NCBI GenBank assembly: GCA_964529655.1
Contig: CAZGZA010000003.1
Span: 3,655-46,863, forward strand
Direction of reading: 5' to 3'
From: an uncultured Methanosarcinales archaeon
Lineage (GTDB): Archaea; Nanobdellota; Nanobdellia; Woesearchaeales; JAGWAF01
DNA length: 43,209 nt
Below the pieces are notes generated by a model. That model saw only the letters and a list, made by a program, of their open reading frames with translations, was not told the DNA's origin and made no database searches. This document shows, piece by piece, positions 15,437 through 24,951 of this stretch (positions are counted from its first letter, which is position 1; each line of letters opens with the position of its first letter). The position numbers were made by a program, and so were the translations under genes.

Positions 15437-16153
15437 ATGGGAAAAAATTTAATGCAGCAGGCAAGGGGTAAAGGTTCACTTAATTATAGAGCTCCAAGCT
15501 TTAGGTACCATGGTAGGATCAGTTTTAGGGGTGCAAGTGAGACTACTGTCAAAGGAGTGATTGTTGACCTTGTTAAATGCCCTGGTCATTCAGCACCATT
15601 AGCTGAGGTTAAATATGATGACGGTCAGCTGTGCTACCTGCCAGCTCCCGAGGGTATACGGGTTGGTGATGCCACCTATTGTGGTGCAGAGAGTGAGGTA
15701 AAAAATGGGAATGTTATGGCACTGCGGCGTATTCCAGAGGGAACTTTAATTAATAATATTGAAAACAGTCCTGGTGATGGCGGAAAATTTTGCCGGGCAG
15801 CTGGCACATTTGCCAGGGTTCTTGTCAAAGCCGAGAATTATGTTACAGTGCAACTGCCCTCAAAAAAGGAAAAGCAGCTGCATGCTGATTGCAGGGCTTG
15901 CATTGGTGTTTTGGCTGGTGGTGGAGCAAAGGAGAAACCATTATTAAAAGCAGGAAAGCACTGGCATATGAAAACAGCCAGAAACAAGCGATATCCAACA
16001 GTCAGTGGAGTTTCGCAGAATGCAGTTGACCATCCCTTTGGGGGCTCAAGTTCTGCGCATAAAGGCAGGCCGCTAACAGCGCCGCATAACGCTCCACCCG
16101 GCAGAAAGGTTGGAAAAATAAGGGCTCGGCGCACTGGAAGGGTTAAGAGGTAA
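15437..16153 (+). CDS. rpl2: ribosomal protein uL2
   Basis: [19 protein letters not shown]...[20 protein letters not shown]. Confidence 0.95.
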   Translation: MGKNLMQQARGKGSLNYRAPSFRYHGRISFRGASETTVKGVIVDLVKCPGHSAPLAEVKYDDGQLCYLPAPEGIRVGDATYCGAESEVKNGNVMALRRIPEGTLINNIENSPGDGGKFCRAAGTFARVLVKAENYVTVQLPSKKEKQLHADCRACIGVLAGGGAKEKPLLKAGKHWHMKTARNKRYPTVSGVSQNAVDHPFGGSSSAHKGRPLTAPHNAPPGRKVGKIRARRTGRVKR

Positions 16154-16155
16154 AA

Positions 16156-16539
16156 ATGGCAAAAAAGATTTTTACATATCGTGGAAAGACTTTAGACGAA
16201 CTAAAAAAAATGAGTTTAAAGGAGTTGGCGGAGTTCTTGCCGGCTAGGTGCAGGAGAAATATCAAGCGTGGATTACCACTCGCTGAGCTAAAACTTTTAA
16301 AGGATATTGAATCAGGGGACAAAAACATCAGGACGCATGTCCGGGATATGGTCGTCCTGCCATTGATGATTGGTAAAACCATTAAAATTCATAATGGCAA
16401 GGAGTTTGTTCCGATATTAATACAGGAAGATATGCTTGGGCACTATCTAGGAGAGTTTTCCATGACAAGAAGGTCGGTTAAGCATAATGCTCCGGGTATT
16501 GGTGCTACAAGGTCAAGCGCAAGCTTGTCAGTCAAATAA
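16156..16539 (+). CDS. rps19: ribosomal protein uS19
   Basis: [43 protein letters not shown]. Confidence 0.95.
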   Translation: MAKKIFTYRGKTLDELKKMSLKELAEFLPARCRRNIKRGLPLAELKLLKDIESGDKNIRTHVRDMVVLPLMIGKTIKIHNGKEFVPILIQEDMLGHYLGEFSMTRRSVKHNAPGIGATRSSASLSVK

Positions 16540-16541
16540 AA

Positions 16542-17024
16542 ATGAAAGGATTAACTTATCTTAACATTGGAGAGAATCATGCAAAAGCGTCAACACTGGC
16601 GCTGCCTGTTTCAACAAAGCACTGCATAGAAATTTGCAGGTGGATTAAGCACAAGAATGTGGCGGCAGCAAAAAAGATGCTTGAGGATGTTATTGAATAC
16701 AGGCAGGCAGTTCCTTTCAAGCACTTTTACCATAATATTGGCCACAGAAAGGGAAGGATGGCTGCTGGAAGATACCCTATTAAGGCCTGTAAAGTAGTGC
16801 TGCAGTTAATCAAAGCAGCAGAGGCAAACGCTTCGCTAAAAGGCTTAAACCTCAATAATCTTTTTATTGCATTAATAATTCCAAACAAAGGGGCAAAAAA
16901 TATAAGGCCCGGCAGGATACACGGAAGGGCTGCCAAAAACACACATCTTCAGGTGGTAGTTGAGGAACAAAAAGAATCAAAAAAGAATGCAGCGGTAAAA
17001 TCTCCTATTAAAAAAGGTGGGTAA
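16542..17024 (+). CDS. rpl22: ribosomal protein uL22
   Basis: LPVSTKHCIEICRWIKHKNVAAAKKMLEDVI...GRYPIKACKVVLQLIKAAEANA. Confidence 0.9.
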   Translation: MKGLTYLNIGENHAKASTLALPVSTKHCIEICRWIKHKNVAAAKKMLEDVIEYRQAVPFKHFYHNIGHRKGRMAAGRYPIKACKVVLQLIKAAEANASLKGLNLNNLFIALIIPNKGAKNIRPGRIHGRAAKNTHLQVVVEEQKESKKNAAVKSPIKKGG

Positions 17025-17028
17025 AAAA

Positions 17029-17826
17029 ATGATTGAAAGAAAGTTTATCGCAGAAAAAATCAAGGAATTCCAGATAGAAGAATATATTTCTAATAATATT
17101 CCCAATATAGGCCATAGCCACACAAAATTGCAACGCACACCTTTAGGGGAAAAGATTACAATTTATGCTGCAAGGCCTGGATTGGTTGTTGGCAGGAGCG
17201 GGGAGAATATTAAGAAGCTCACTAAGAATCTTAAGAAAAAGTTTGGTCTTGAAAACCCGCAGATTGAGATAAGCGAAGTTGAAAATATCTACCTGAATGC
17301 TAATATTGTTGCAGAGAGTATTGCTTCAGCGCTCGAACGGTTTGGTTCTCAGAGATTTAAGGGCATTGGCCATAAAACAATGAGTGATGTTATGGCGGCT
17401 GGCGCTAGGGGTATTGAAATTGTGTTGTCAGGAAAAATACCAGGCGCAAGAGCAAAGTCATGGCGATTTTATGTTGGCTACCTAAAAAAGTGCGGTAATA
17501 TCGCGATTACAGGTGTTGATGCCGCTTGCGCGTCAGCGCAGCTTAAGTCAGGTGTTATTGGAGTGAGGGTTAAGATTATGCAGCCTAATATAATTTTACC
17601 GGATAAAATTGATTTACTGCCTGTAGTAGATATTAAGCCAGAAGAGGCAAAAGATAAAAAAGAGGAAAAAAAGGGTGAGGAGAAGATAGAGGTTAAAGCA
17701 GAGGAAAAACCCTCTGCAAAAGAGGCAAAGCCAAAAAGGAAAAAAAGCGAGGAAAAAAAGCCTTCTGCACGAAAACCGAAAAAAGAGGCAAAGGAAAAAT
17801 CCAAAGAGGGTGCTATTAGCCAATGA
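17029..17826 (+). CDS. rps3: ribosomal protein uS3 with a ~60-aa Lys/Glu-rich C-terminal tail
   Basis: KH-domain block ITIYAARPGLVVGRSGENIKKL and IEIVLSGKIPGARAKSWRF. The ATG at 17029 is preferred over the GTG at 17017. The tail is PEEAKDKKEEKKGEEK...KEAKEKSKEG. Confidence 0.95.
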   Translation: MIERKFIAEKIKEFQIEEYISNNIPNIGHSHTKLQRTPLGEKITIYAARPGLVVGRSGENIKKLTKNLKKKFGLENPQIEISEVENIYLNANIVAESIASALERFGSQRFKGIGHKTMSDVMAAGARGIEIVLSGKIPGARAKSWRFYVGYLKKCGNIAITGVDAACASAQLKSGVIGVRVKIMQPNIILPDKIDLLPVVDIKPEEAKDKKEEKKGEEKIEVKAEEKPSAKEAKPKRKKSEEKKPSARKPKKEAKEKSKEGAISQ

Positions 17827-18053
17827 AATCCAAAGAATTTCAGTCAATGAATGCAAATGATTTATGCGATAAACTTGGAGAGGCACAAAAGGAGCTTATT
17901 AAGTTAAATGCACAGATTGCAACAAAAACCGCTCTTAAGAGTCCTGCAAAGGTGAAAAACACAAAAAAGGTTATTGCTCTGATTAAGGGGCTATTGCATA
18001 AAAAATTCCTGGAGGAAACAGGGGCAGAAAAAGGAGGAATTAAAACCAAATGA
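17823..18053 (+). CDS. rpl29: ribosomal protein uL29
   Basis: NANDLCDKLGEAQKELIKLNAQIATKTA, plus operon position. ATGA overlap with the rps3 stop. Confidence 0.9.
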   Translation: MKSKEFQSMNANDLCDKLGEAQKELIKLNAQIATKTALKSPAKVKNTKKVIALIKGLLHKKFLEETGAEKGGIKTK

Positions 18054-18358
18054 ATATTGTGTGTCCAACCTGCGGACTACCAAAAGAGTTATGTGTGTGC
18101 GAAGTGATTGCGAAAGAGACGCAAAAGATTGAAATTAGGATTATAAAAAAGAAGTTCGGAAAAAAATATACTGTGATTGAAGGAATGAATCCAAAGGAGA
18201 TTGACGTGAAGGACCTTATTAAAAAGCTTAAGGAGAAATTTGCCTGCGGAGGCACGGCAAAGGAGGGCAAAATTGAGTTGCAGGGCGACCATAAATCAAA
18301 TATGAAGAATGCGCTTATAAGCCTTGGTTTTGCCGCAGAAACCATAATCATCAGATAA
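18050..18358 (+). CDS. eif1: translation initiation factor SUI1 (aIF1) with N-terminal Zn-ribbon
   Basis: CPTCGLPKELCVCE, then IEIRIIKKKFGKKYTVIEGM...LKEKFACGGTAKEGKIELQGDH. Confidence 0.9.
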   Translation: MNIVCPTCGLPKELCVCEVIAKETQKIEIRIIKKKFGKKYTVIEGMNPKEIDVKDLIKKLKEKFACGGTAKEGKIELQGDHKSNMKNALISLGFAAETIIIR

Positions 18359-18372
18359 AAAGGTATGGAAAT

Positions 18373-18786
18373 ATGAAAACAGAAACACAATGTGACGATA
18401 AGAAGTGCGCCGTGCACGGCAGGGTGCTGCCTAGAGGGAGAGCCTTTACCGGCACTGTTGTAGCTACAAAAATGCAAAAAACCGCAGTTATAGAGTGGGT
18501 TTGGCACAGGAAAATTCCCAAATATGAAAGGTATGAAGCAAAAATTATTAGAGTGGCGGCACATAACTCTCCATGCCTCGATGCGCAGAAGGGAGACAAA
18601 GTTATGATTCAGGAGTGCCGTCCGCTTAGCAAAACCAAGAATTTTGTTATTGTTAAAATTTTGGGAAAAGATGTTGAGTTCCTTGGCAAAGAAGAATCAA
18701 AAGATGAGTTTGATATCAAAAGAAAAAAGGAAAAAGCCGCTGAAAGCGTAGGGGGCAAAGAGGCTACAGAAAATGAAGAGCATTAA
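18373..18786 (+). CDS. rps17: ribosomal protein uS17 with acidic/basic C-terminal tail
   Basis: CDDKKCAVHGRVLPRGRAFTGTVVATKMQKTAVIEW...GDKVMIQECRPLSKTKNFVIV. Confidence 0.95.
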   Translation: MKTETQCDDKKCAVHGRVLPRGRAFTGTVVATKMQKTAVIEWVWHRKIPKYERYEAKIIRVAAHNSPCLDAQKGDKVMIQECRPLSKTKNFVIVKILGKDVEFLGKEESKDEFDIKRKKEKAAESVGGKEATENEEH

Positions 18787-19174
18787 ATCAAGTATAACAC
18801 GCGGACTGCCGGTAGGGTCGCGTATGGAAGCCTGTGATAATTCAGGTGCGAAAATTGTTGAGATTATTAGTGTTAAAACTTATAAGTCTGTTAAGGGGCG
18901 AAGGCCTACAGCAGGCGTCGGAGATTTGGTCTTTGTTTCAGTTGTGAAGGGAAAGCCAGAGATAAGAAAGCAGGTTGTCCCAGCAGTGATTGTAAGGCAA
19001 AAAATGGCATATAAGCGAAGGAATGGCATTCGGGTCTTTTTTGAGGATAATGCAGCAGTTGTCCTGAAAGATGAAGATGGAAACCCAAGGGGAACTATCT
19101 TTAAGGGGCCTATTGCAAAGGAAGCGGCTGAAAGGTGGCCTCCTATTGCTAAATTATCAAAAATAATTGTGTAA
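18773..19174 (+). CDS. rpl14: ribosomal protein uL14
   Basis: RMEACDNSGAKIVEIISV...GDLVFVSVVKGKPEIRKQV. Confidence 0.95.
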   Translation: MKSIKSSITRGLPVGSRMEACDNSGAKIVEIISVKTYKSVKGRRPTAGVGDLVFVSVVKGKPEIRKQVVPAVIVRQKMAYKRRNGIRVFFEDNAAVVLKDEDGNPRGTIFKGPIAKEAAERWPPIAKLSKIIV

Positions 19175-19175
19175 A

Positions 19176-19568
19176 ATGAAAAAAAAATTTGTTAAAAGCT
19201 GGCGGGGAAGCAAACAACCGCGCAAACAGAGGAAGTATCTCCATAATCTTCCGTTACACTTAAGAAAGACGATTATGCAGGCAACTTTGTCGCACGAGCT
19301 GCGAGAAAAGTATAGAATGCGGAATGTTGGAATCAGGAAGGGTGATAAGGTAAGGGTTATGCGAGGAAGTTTCAGGGGCAAGATTGGCAGGGTAGAGCGC
19401 GTCAATCCAAAACTAAGAAAGGTGTATATTGGGGGGGTTGAGTGGACAAAGAGGGATGGAAGCAAAGCACTCTATCCTATAAACCCCTCAAAGGTTATGA
19501 TTCAGGAATTGGAGCTAAAAGATTCGAGGAGGTTAAAACAGACTGAAAAGGCTGAAAAAAGCAAATGA
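19176..19568 (+). CDS. rpl24: ribosomal protein uL24
   Basis: KOW motif IRKGDKVRVMRGSFRGKIGRVERV. The ATG at 19176 is preferred over the TTG at 19167. Confidence 0.95.
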   Translation: MKKKFVKSWRGSKQPRKQRKYLHNLPLHLRKTIMQATLSHELREKYRMRNVGIRKGDKVRVMRGSFRGKIGRVERVNPKLRKVYIGGVEWTKRDGSKALYPINPSKVMIQELELKDSRRLKQTEKAEKSK

Positions 19569-20233
19569 AAAGTCATCTTAAAAGGTTAGCAACACCTAAG
19601 ACCTGGTTTGTAAAGAGAAAAGAACATACTTTTATAACAAAACCAAAGCCGGGAAAGCACTATCTAAAGTTATGCCTTCCTCTTTCATTAGTACTCAAGG
19701 ATTTTATTAAGGTTGCAAATACAACACGAGAGGCAAAGAAGCTGCTTAATTTGCATGAATTGTTGATTGATGGTAAACGTGAAAGAGATGTTAAAACCGG
19801 GGTTGGGTTTATGGATACAATCTGTATAGCTGGCCTGAACAAATGCTTTCGTGTTGTCATTAACGAAAAAGGCAGGCTTGCGCTGATGGATATAAGCAAA
19901 GAGAATAGTGCTGTTAAAACCTGCAAGATTGTTGGCAAGCGCAAGATAAAAGGAGGCAAGACACAGCTGAATCTGTTTGATGGCAGGAACATCCTTGTTG
20001 AGAATGATAAATACAAGGTGGGGGATAGTTTGGTTATTGAGGTTCCATCGCAAAAGATTGTGAAGCATCTTAAACTTGATAAGGGTGCCATGATTGTTAT
20101 TATAGACGGAAAAAGCATTGGCCAATATGGCACTGTTGAGTCAATCAAGGAAAAATATCTGGTTTATTCCACAAAAAAAGGAAAAGGTGAAACTTTAAGG
20201 AGCTATAGTTTTGTTGTTGAAAATGAGCAATAA
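19565..20233 (+). CDS. rps4e: ribosomal protein eS4
   Basis: HLKRLATPKTWFVKRKEHTFITKPKPGKH...LLIDGKRERDVKTGVGFMD. Confidence 0.95.
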   Translation: MKSHLKRLATPKTWFVKRKEHTFITKPKPGKHYLKLCLPLSLVLKDFIKVANTTREAKKLLNLHELLIDGKRERDVKTGVGFMDTICIAGLNKCFRVVINEKGRLALMDISKENSAVKTCKIVGKRKIKGGKTQLNLFDGRNILVENDKYKVGDSLVIEVPSQKIVKHLKLDKGAMIVIIDGKSIGQYGTVESIKEKYLVYSTKKGKGETLRSYSFVVENEQ

Positions 20234-20753
20234 AAAAGACAATGTTATGCGGAGAATAAAGGTTGCAAAGATTACTTTAAATATAGGTGCAGGAAAAGAG
20301 CAGACAAAACTTGAAAAGGGCTTAAAATTACTTGAGTTAATTACCGGAATGGCGCCGAAAAAGGCTGCTACAAAGAAAAGGATACCTAACTGGGGTTTGC
20401 GTCCTGGTCTGGTTGTTGGATGCAGTGTCACGGTGCGAGGAAAACCGGCTGAAGAGCTGTTAAAGAGGTTTATTGAAGCAAAGGAATATCATCTCATAAC
20501 AAATATGTTTGATAACAAAGGTAATCTAGCATTTGGTTTTGCAGAATACATCGACATTGAGGGTGTTAAATACAGCCCTGAGATAGGGGTTATGGGATTT
20601 AATGTTGCTGTTACGCTTGAAAGGCCGGGGTATCGTGTTAAACGCAGGCTTTATAAAAGAACATCTATTAGCAAATCCCACATTATAACCAAAGAGGAGG
20701 CAATTGCTTTCATGAAAGAGAAATTTAGTGTTAAGTTTGAGGATGTGGAATGA
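20223..20753 (+). CDS. rpl5: ribosomal protein uL5
   Basis: [18 protein letters not shown]...[25 protein letters not shown]. The ATG at 20223 is preferred over the TTG at 20211. Confidence 0.95.
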   Translation: MSNKKDNVMRRIKVAKITLNIGAGKEQTKLEKGLKLLELITGMAPKKAATKKRIPNWGLRPGLVVGCSVTVRGKPAEELLKRFIEAKEYHLITNMFDNKGNLAFGFAEYIDIEGVKYSPEIGVMGFNVAVTLERPGYRVKRRLYKRTSISKSHIITKEEAIAFMKEKFSVKFEDVE

Positions 20754-20980
20754 CAACAAGCGATTATAGGAAGGCATTTAAGCAGCTTAAGGCAAAGCCA
20801 TTCAAGCAAAAGAAGTATACCAAGCATAATGCCCCGAAAAAAAGGACTACTGGTTATGGAATTCATAAATGCAGAAGGTGCGGCAGGTCAGGCGGGCATA
20901 TTAATAAGTATGGCCTTCACCTGTGCCGGCAGTGCTTCAGAGAGATTGCAGTGAAGTTAGGATTTAAAAAGTTTAGTTGA
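20750..20980 (+). CDS. rps14: ribosomal protein uS14 (zinc type)
   Basis: [35 protein letters not shown]. The N-terminus is about 20 aa longer than the short archaeal forms I remember. Confidence 0.9.
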   Translation: MTTSDYRKAFKQLKAKPFKQKKYTKHNAPKKRTTGYGIHKCRRCGRSGGHINKYGLHLCRQCFREIAVKLGFKKFS

Positions 20981-20990
20981 GGTTTGAAAA

Positions 20991-21380
20991 ATGTTAAATG
21001 ATACCCTATCAAATGTTCTGTCAAACATTTTAAATTATGAAAGGCTTGGAAACAGAGAGTGCATAATTTCACCATCATCAAAGGTTATTAAAGCTGTGCT
21101 TGAGCTGTTGAATCAGCATGGCTATATTGGAAAAACAGAGGAGCTAACTCCGGAAAAGGGTGGGGTTTTAAAAGTCAGTCTTTTGGGAGCGATCAATAAG
21201 TGTGGGGTAATCAAGCCAAGGTTTTCCTTTAAGGTTGCGGACCTTGAGAAGTACGAAAAAAGGTTTTTGCCGGCAAAGCATATGGGGTTGTTGGTTGTTT
21301 CAACACCAAAAGGGGTTATGACCCATTTGGAGGCAAAAAAGATAAAGAGCGGAGGAAAGCTTCTGGCTTACTGTTACTAA
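20991..21380 (+). CDS. rps8: ribosomal protein uS8
   Basis: DTLSNVLSNILNYERLGNRECIISPSSKVIKAVLELLNQHGYIG...GGKLLAYCY. Confidence 0.95.
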   Translation: MLNDTLSNVLSNILNYERLGNRECIISPSSKVIKAVLELLNQHGYIGKTEELTPEKGGVLKVSLLGAINKCGVIKPRFSFKVADLEKYEKRFLPAKHMGLLVVSTPKGVMTHLEAKKIKSGGKLLAYCY

Positions 21381-21381
21381 G

Positions 21382-21927
21382 ATGAGAATCAAAATAGATG
21401 AGCAGCTAAAGATTCCGGATGGAGTAGAGGTAAAACTAGATGGCGGGCTGGTAACGGCAAAAGGGCCGAAAGGAGAGAGTAGCAAGAGGATTTTTTGCAC
21501 AAACCTCATTATGGATGTTAAGGAAGGCAAGGTAATTATGAAAAGTGAGAATGCAACAAAACATGATAAAACAATGTTTTATACTGCTTATTCTCATATC
21601 AAAAATATGCTGGAAGGTGTAAGCCGCGGTTTTGTATACAAGCTTAAGGTTTGTGCCAGCCATTTTCCAATTAAGGTGAGTATTGCTGATAATGTTTTTG
21701 CAGTGAAAAATTTCCTTGGCGAGAAAATTCCGAGAACTGTAAAAATAAACCCAAATGTACATGTGAAAATAGAGGGGGATATTATTACTGTAGAGGGCGC
21801 TGATCTTGAGCAGACAAGCCAGACAGCGGCTAATATTGAACAGATTAGCAAAGTTTCAAATAGGGACTTAAGGGTGTTTCAGGATGGCATTTATATAACA
21901 AGCAAGGCAGGTAAACCAATCCAATGA
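21382..21927 (+). CDS. rpl6: ribosomal protein uL6
   Basis: VEVKLDGGLVTAKGPKGE...FVYKLKVCASHFPIKV...RVFQDGIYI. Confidence 0.95.
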   Translation: MRIKIDEQLKIPDGVEVKLDGGLVTAKGPKGESSKRIFCTNLIMDVKEGKVIMKSENATKHDKTMFYTAYSHIKNMLEGVSRGFVYKLKVCASHFPIKVSIADNVFAVKNFLGEKIPRTVKINPNVHVKIEGDIITVEGADLEQTSQTAANIEQISKVSNRDLRVFQDGIYITSKAGKPIQ

Positions 21928-22544
21928 AAATAAACACTGCTTTAAAAATGCGAAGCAAAGTTGATGAGAATGACAGCGCCAGATTGCTTGCTGTGAGAAA
22001 AGTAAGCAAGGCCAGAAAACCGGATTTTATAAGGCAGTGCGCTCATAAAGAGAGGCAGCTAATCAATAACTGGAGAAAACCAAGGGGCCTTCATTCAAAG
22101 ATGCGGCTGCATAAAAAAGGGAAACGCTTGACCGTAAAGATTGGCTGGAAGAGCCCGGCAGCAGTGAGAGGATTAAGCCGTGAGGGCCTTATTCAGGCAA
22201 GGGTGCATTCACTGAATGATTTGAAATCCCTGACAAATGCTCATGGGGTGATAATCGGCAGCAGTGTTGGTGCCAGAAAAAGGATAGTTTTACTGCAGGA
22301 AATTAAAAAAATGGGGTTGAGGGTGTTAAATGTCAAAGATGTGGATGCTGCATTAATGGCGCTGGAGGGGGGCTTTAAAAGAAAAAAAGAGGCAAAGCTT
22401 TTGGCAAAAAAAGAGGAAGAAAAAGTAAAAGAGACAGTGCAGAAAAAAGCGCCGGAAAAAACACTTCCGGAAAAGATTGACGCTGAGAAAAAAAAGATGG
22501 AAGAAAAAAAGGAGCTTGATAAGCTACTGACAAAAAAGGATTGA
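21924..22544 (+). CDS. rpl32e: ribosomal protein eL32 with a ~55-aa Lys/Glu-rich C-terminal tail
   Basis: FIRQCAHKERQLINNWRKPRGLHSKMRLHKKGK, then the tail KRKKEAKLLAKKEEEKVKE...KKKMEEKKELDKLL. Confidence 0.9.
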   Translation: MKINTALKMRSKVDENDSARLLAVRKVSKARKPDFIRQCAHKERQLINNWRKPRGLHSKMRLHKKGKRLTVKIGWKSPAAVRGLSREGLIQARVHSLNDLKSLTNAHGVIIGSSVGARKRIVLLQEIKKMGLRVLNVKDVDAALMALEGGFKRKKEAKLLAKKEEEKVKETVQKKAPEKTLPEKIDAEKKKMEEKKELDKLLTKKD

Positions 22545-22996
22545 AAATGGAATTAAAAGTGCAAAAAAGATTAGCGGGAAAAGTATTAAAGTGCTCACAT
22601 TATAGGGTAAAGCTTGACATAAATCGGCTCAGCGATATTAAGGAAGCCATTACAAAGGCAGATATCCGTTCTTTAGTTAATGAAGGTGCAATAACTGAAA
22701 AACCTATTAAGGGAATTTCAAGAGGAAGGGCGCGAAAGAAACAGCGGCAAAAGAGAAAAGGACGTAGGCAGGGGGCTGGCTCCAGAAAGGGCTCGCCCGG
22801 TGCAAGATTATCCAGAAAGGATAGCTGGATTGCAAGAGCAAGGTCCCAAAGAAGGTTCCTAAGCGAGCTAAAGCTTAAAAAACTGATTTCAGCAAAAACA
22901 GCGCGTACTGTTTACAGTAAAATAAAGGGGGGATTTTTCAGGAGTAAAAGGCATATTAAATTGTTTTTGGAGGAAAATAGTCTTTTTAACAAGTGA
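22541..22996 (+). CDS. rpl19e: ribosomal protein eL19
   Basis: LKVQKRLAGKVLKCSHYRVKLD...RGRARKKQRQKRKGRRQGAGSRKG. Confidence 0.95.
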   Translation: MKMELKVQKRLAGKVLKCSHYRVKLDINRLSDIKEAITKADIRSLVNEGAITEKPIKGISRGRARKKQRQKRKGRRQGAGSRKGSPGARLSRKDSWIARARSQRRFLSELKLKKLISAKTARTVYSKIKGGFFRSKRHIKLFLEENSLFNK

Positions 22997-23493
22997 AAAT
23001 GGTGTCAAGGTCTATTAAAACAATAAGATATAGAAGGCAGCGGGAGAAAAAAACTAATTATATTTCCAGAAGAAAGCTTTTGATGAGCACGCATCCGAGG
23101 TTGGTTGTCAGGAGATCGCTGAAAAATATCTGGCTTCAGGTTGTTGAGCATCATCCGAATGGCGATAAGGCTATAGCATCGGCGCATTCAAGAGAGCTGA
23201 TTAAGTTAGGGTGGAAGGGCTCCAGAAAAAATCTTCCGGCAGCGTATCTTACAGGGCTTTTGCTGGCTAAGAAAGCTAAGCTCAAGCATGTGAAGAGTGT
23301 GATTCCTGACCTTGGGTTATATCGTATTGTTCACGGTTCAAAACTATTTGCTGCACTTCAAGGTGTGAAAGAGGGGGCATTGCAGCTTTCTATTGGAGAG
23401 AATGCTGTGCCAAAGCTCGATAGGATTCAGGGGAAGCATATTCCTAAATTTCAAAATAATTTTAATGAAATAAAGAAGAAAATAATGGTTTAA
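22993..23493 (+). CDS. rpl18: ribosomal protein uL18
   Basis: YRRQREKKTNYISRRKLLMSTHPRLVVRRSLKNIWLQVV. Confidence 0.9.
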   Translation: MKMVSRSIKTIRYRRQREKKTNYISRRKLLMSTHPRLVVRRSLKNIWLQVVEHHPNGDKAIASAHSRELIKLGWKGSRKNLPAAYLTGLLLAKKAKLKHVKSVIPDLGLYRIVHGSKLFAALQGVKEGALQLSIGENAVPKLDRIQGKHIPKFQNNFNEIKKKIMV

Positions 23494-23498
23494 AAAAA

Positions 23499-24527
23499 AT
23501 GGCAAAAGAAAAGAAAAGCAAAACAGAGGCTGCAGCAAAAGCAGCAGAGCCTGAAGTTGCTGTAGCACCAAAAGTCGATAGTAATGCTGACATGTCAGAA
23601 ATCGCCATTCGCAAACTACCTGCTTTAGCTCAGAGTAAGAAGGCGATTTCTGAGCATGCTCAAGAACACGCCACGGGCTTTAGCCCAGCGGTTCTTGACA
23701 TAAAGGCAGAACAGGGAAAGACAGAAACTGCACCGGAACAAATACCTATTATAGGAACAGAGGAAGCGCCTGTTGCTGAAGAGGAGCTTACAGAAACAAA
23801 GGAGGCGAAAGCTAGCGAGGATGTTTCATCCTGGAAGCCTAAAACTGTTTTAGGAAAGAAGGTGAGGAGCGGTGAAATTACTAATTTAAGCACAATTCTT
23901 GATAGTGGGCTGAACATTTTAGAGCCGCAGATTGTTGAGGCATTGGTGCCAAACCTTGAGAGTGATTTTATCCTGATAGGGCAGTCAAGGGGAAAATTTG
24001 GTGGCGGTCAGAGAAGAATATTCAAACAGACACAAAAAAAGACGAAGGAGGGCAATAAGCCAAGCTTTTCAACAGTTGCAGTTGTAGGCAACAAGAATGG
24101 GTATATGGGTATTGGGCTTGGTAAAAGCAGGGAAACAGTTCCTGCAAGAGAAAAAGCAATCAGAAAAGCAAAATTGAATATATTTAAGGTTGCGCGCGGC
24201 TGTGGATGCTGGGAGTGCGGATGTAAGGAGCCTCATTCGATTCCTTTTGCAGTTAATGGTAAATGTGGCAGTGTAAGAATACGTCTTATGCCAGCTCCAA
24301 AAGGTAAAGGATTAATTGTTGAGTCAGAATGTGTTAAGCTTTTAAAGCTTGCCGGCATTAAAGATGTCTGGTCTCAAACACTGGGGCAGACAAAGGTTAG
24401 AAATAATCTTATTAATGCCTGTGTTGATGCCATGAAAAAGCTTGTTAAAACAAAGATTAGGCCCGAGGCGCTTCCGGAACTTGGCTATGTTGAGGGCCCT
24501 GTACAGGGAAAGGAGGGCGGTGCTTGA
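23499..24527 (+). CDS. rps5: ribosomal protein uS5 with a ~100-aa low-complexity N-terminal extension
   Basis: The S5 core starts at about W112 (WKPKTVLGKKVRSGEITN...FSTVAVVGNKNGYMGIGLGKSRE...CGSVRIRLMPAPKGKGL). It is preceded by an Ala/Glu/Lys/Pro-rich segment. Confidence 0.9.
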   Translation: MAKEKKSKTEAAAKAAEPEVAVAPKVDSNADMSEIAIRKLPALAQSKKAISEHAQEHATGFSPAVLDIKAEQGKTETAPEQIPIIGTEEAPVAEEELTETKEAKASEDVSSWKPKTVLGKKVRSGEITNLSTILDSGLNILEPQIVEALVPNLESDFILIGQSRGKFGGGQRRIFKQTQKKTKEGNKPSFSTVAVVGNKNGYMGIGLGKSRETVPAREKAIRKAKLNIFKVARGCGCWECGCKEPHSIPFAVNGKCGSVRIRLMPAPKGKGLIVESECVKLLKLAGIKDVWSQTLGQTKVRNNLINACVDAMKKLVKTKIRPEALPELGYVEGPVQGKEGGA

Positions 24528-24949
24528 ATATGGTTGAATCCAAAGAAAGCAGGGAAAAACTATCCAATCATCAGAATCTTGCGGTTATTCTAGTTAGGGG
24601 TTTTCTGCATATGGAGGGAAGCATTCGCAGCACTTTGCAGATGTTAAACCTACATCACAGGCTTTGTTGTGTTGTTGTGAAAGACACTCCGGCTTATAAG
24701 GGCATGTTAAGAAAATGCAAGGATTATATTACTTGGGGCGAGATTAATGAAGCAACCTTAAAAGAGCTTAAGGATAAGCGCCAGGAAACTATTATAGTGA
24801 AAGGGGAAAAAATAGTTGCTCCCTTTTTTAGGTTGCATCCTCCAGTTAAGGGGTTTGAACGTGGTGGCATTAAGGCCTCGTTTAAAACAGGAGGGGTTGT
24901 TGGATATAGAAGCGCAAAAGTAAATGATTTATTGAAAAGGATGATTTAA
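24524..24949 (+). CDS. rpl30: ribosomal protein uL30
   Basis: LAVILVRGFLHMEGSIRSTLQMLNLHHRLCCVVV...YITWGEIN. Confidence 0.9.
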   Translation: MNMVESKESREKLSNHQNLAVILVRGFLHMEGSIRSTLQMLNLHHRLCCVVVKDTPAYKGMLRKCKDYITWGEINEATLKELKDKRQETIIVKGEKIVAPFFRLHPPVKGFERGGIKASFKTGGVVGYRSAKVNDLLKRMI

Positions 24950-24951
24950 AA

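Noticed and set aside
17478-17886. Antisense ORFs (108 and 90 aa) rich in F/L/S opposite the uS3 tail
   Set aside because: They are mirror images of the Lys/Glu-rich coding repeats (AAG/GAA read as CTT/TTC). The sense strand has clear ribosomal protein identity.
18040-18599. 174-aa and 82-aa minus-strand ORFs opposite SUI1/uS17
   Set aside because: They lie fully within well-supported plus-strand genes, have no motifs, and are typical shadow ORFs.
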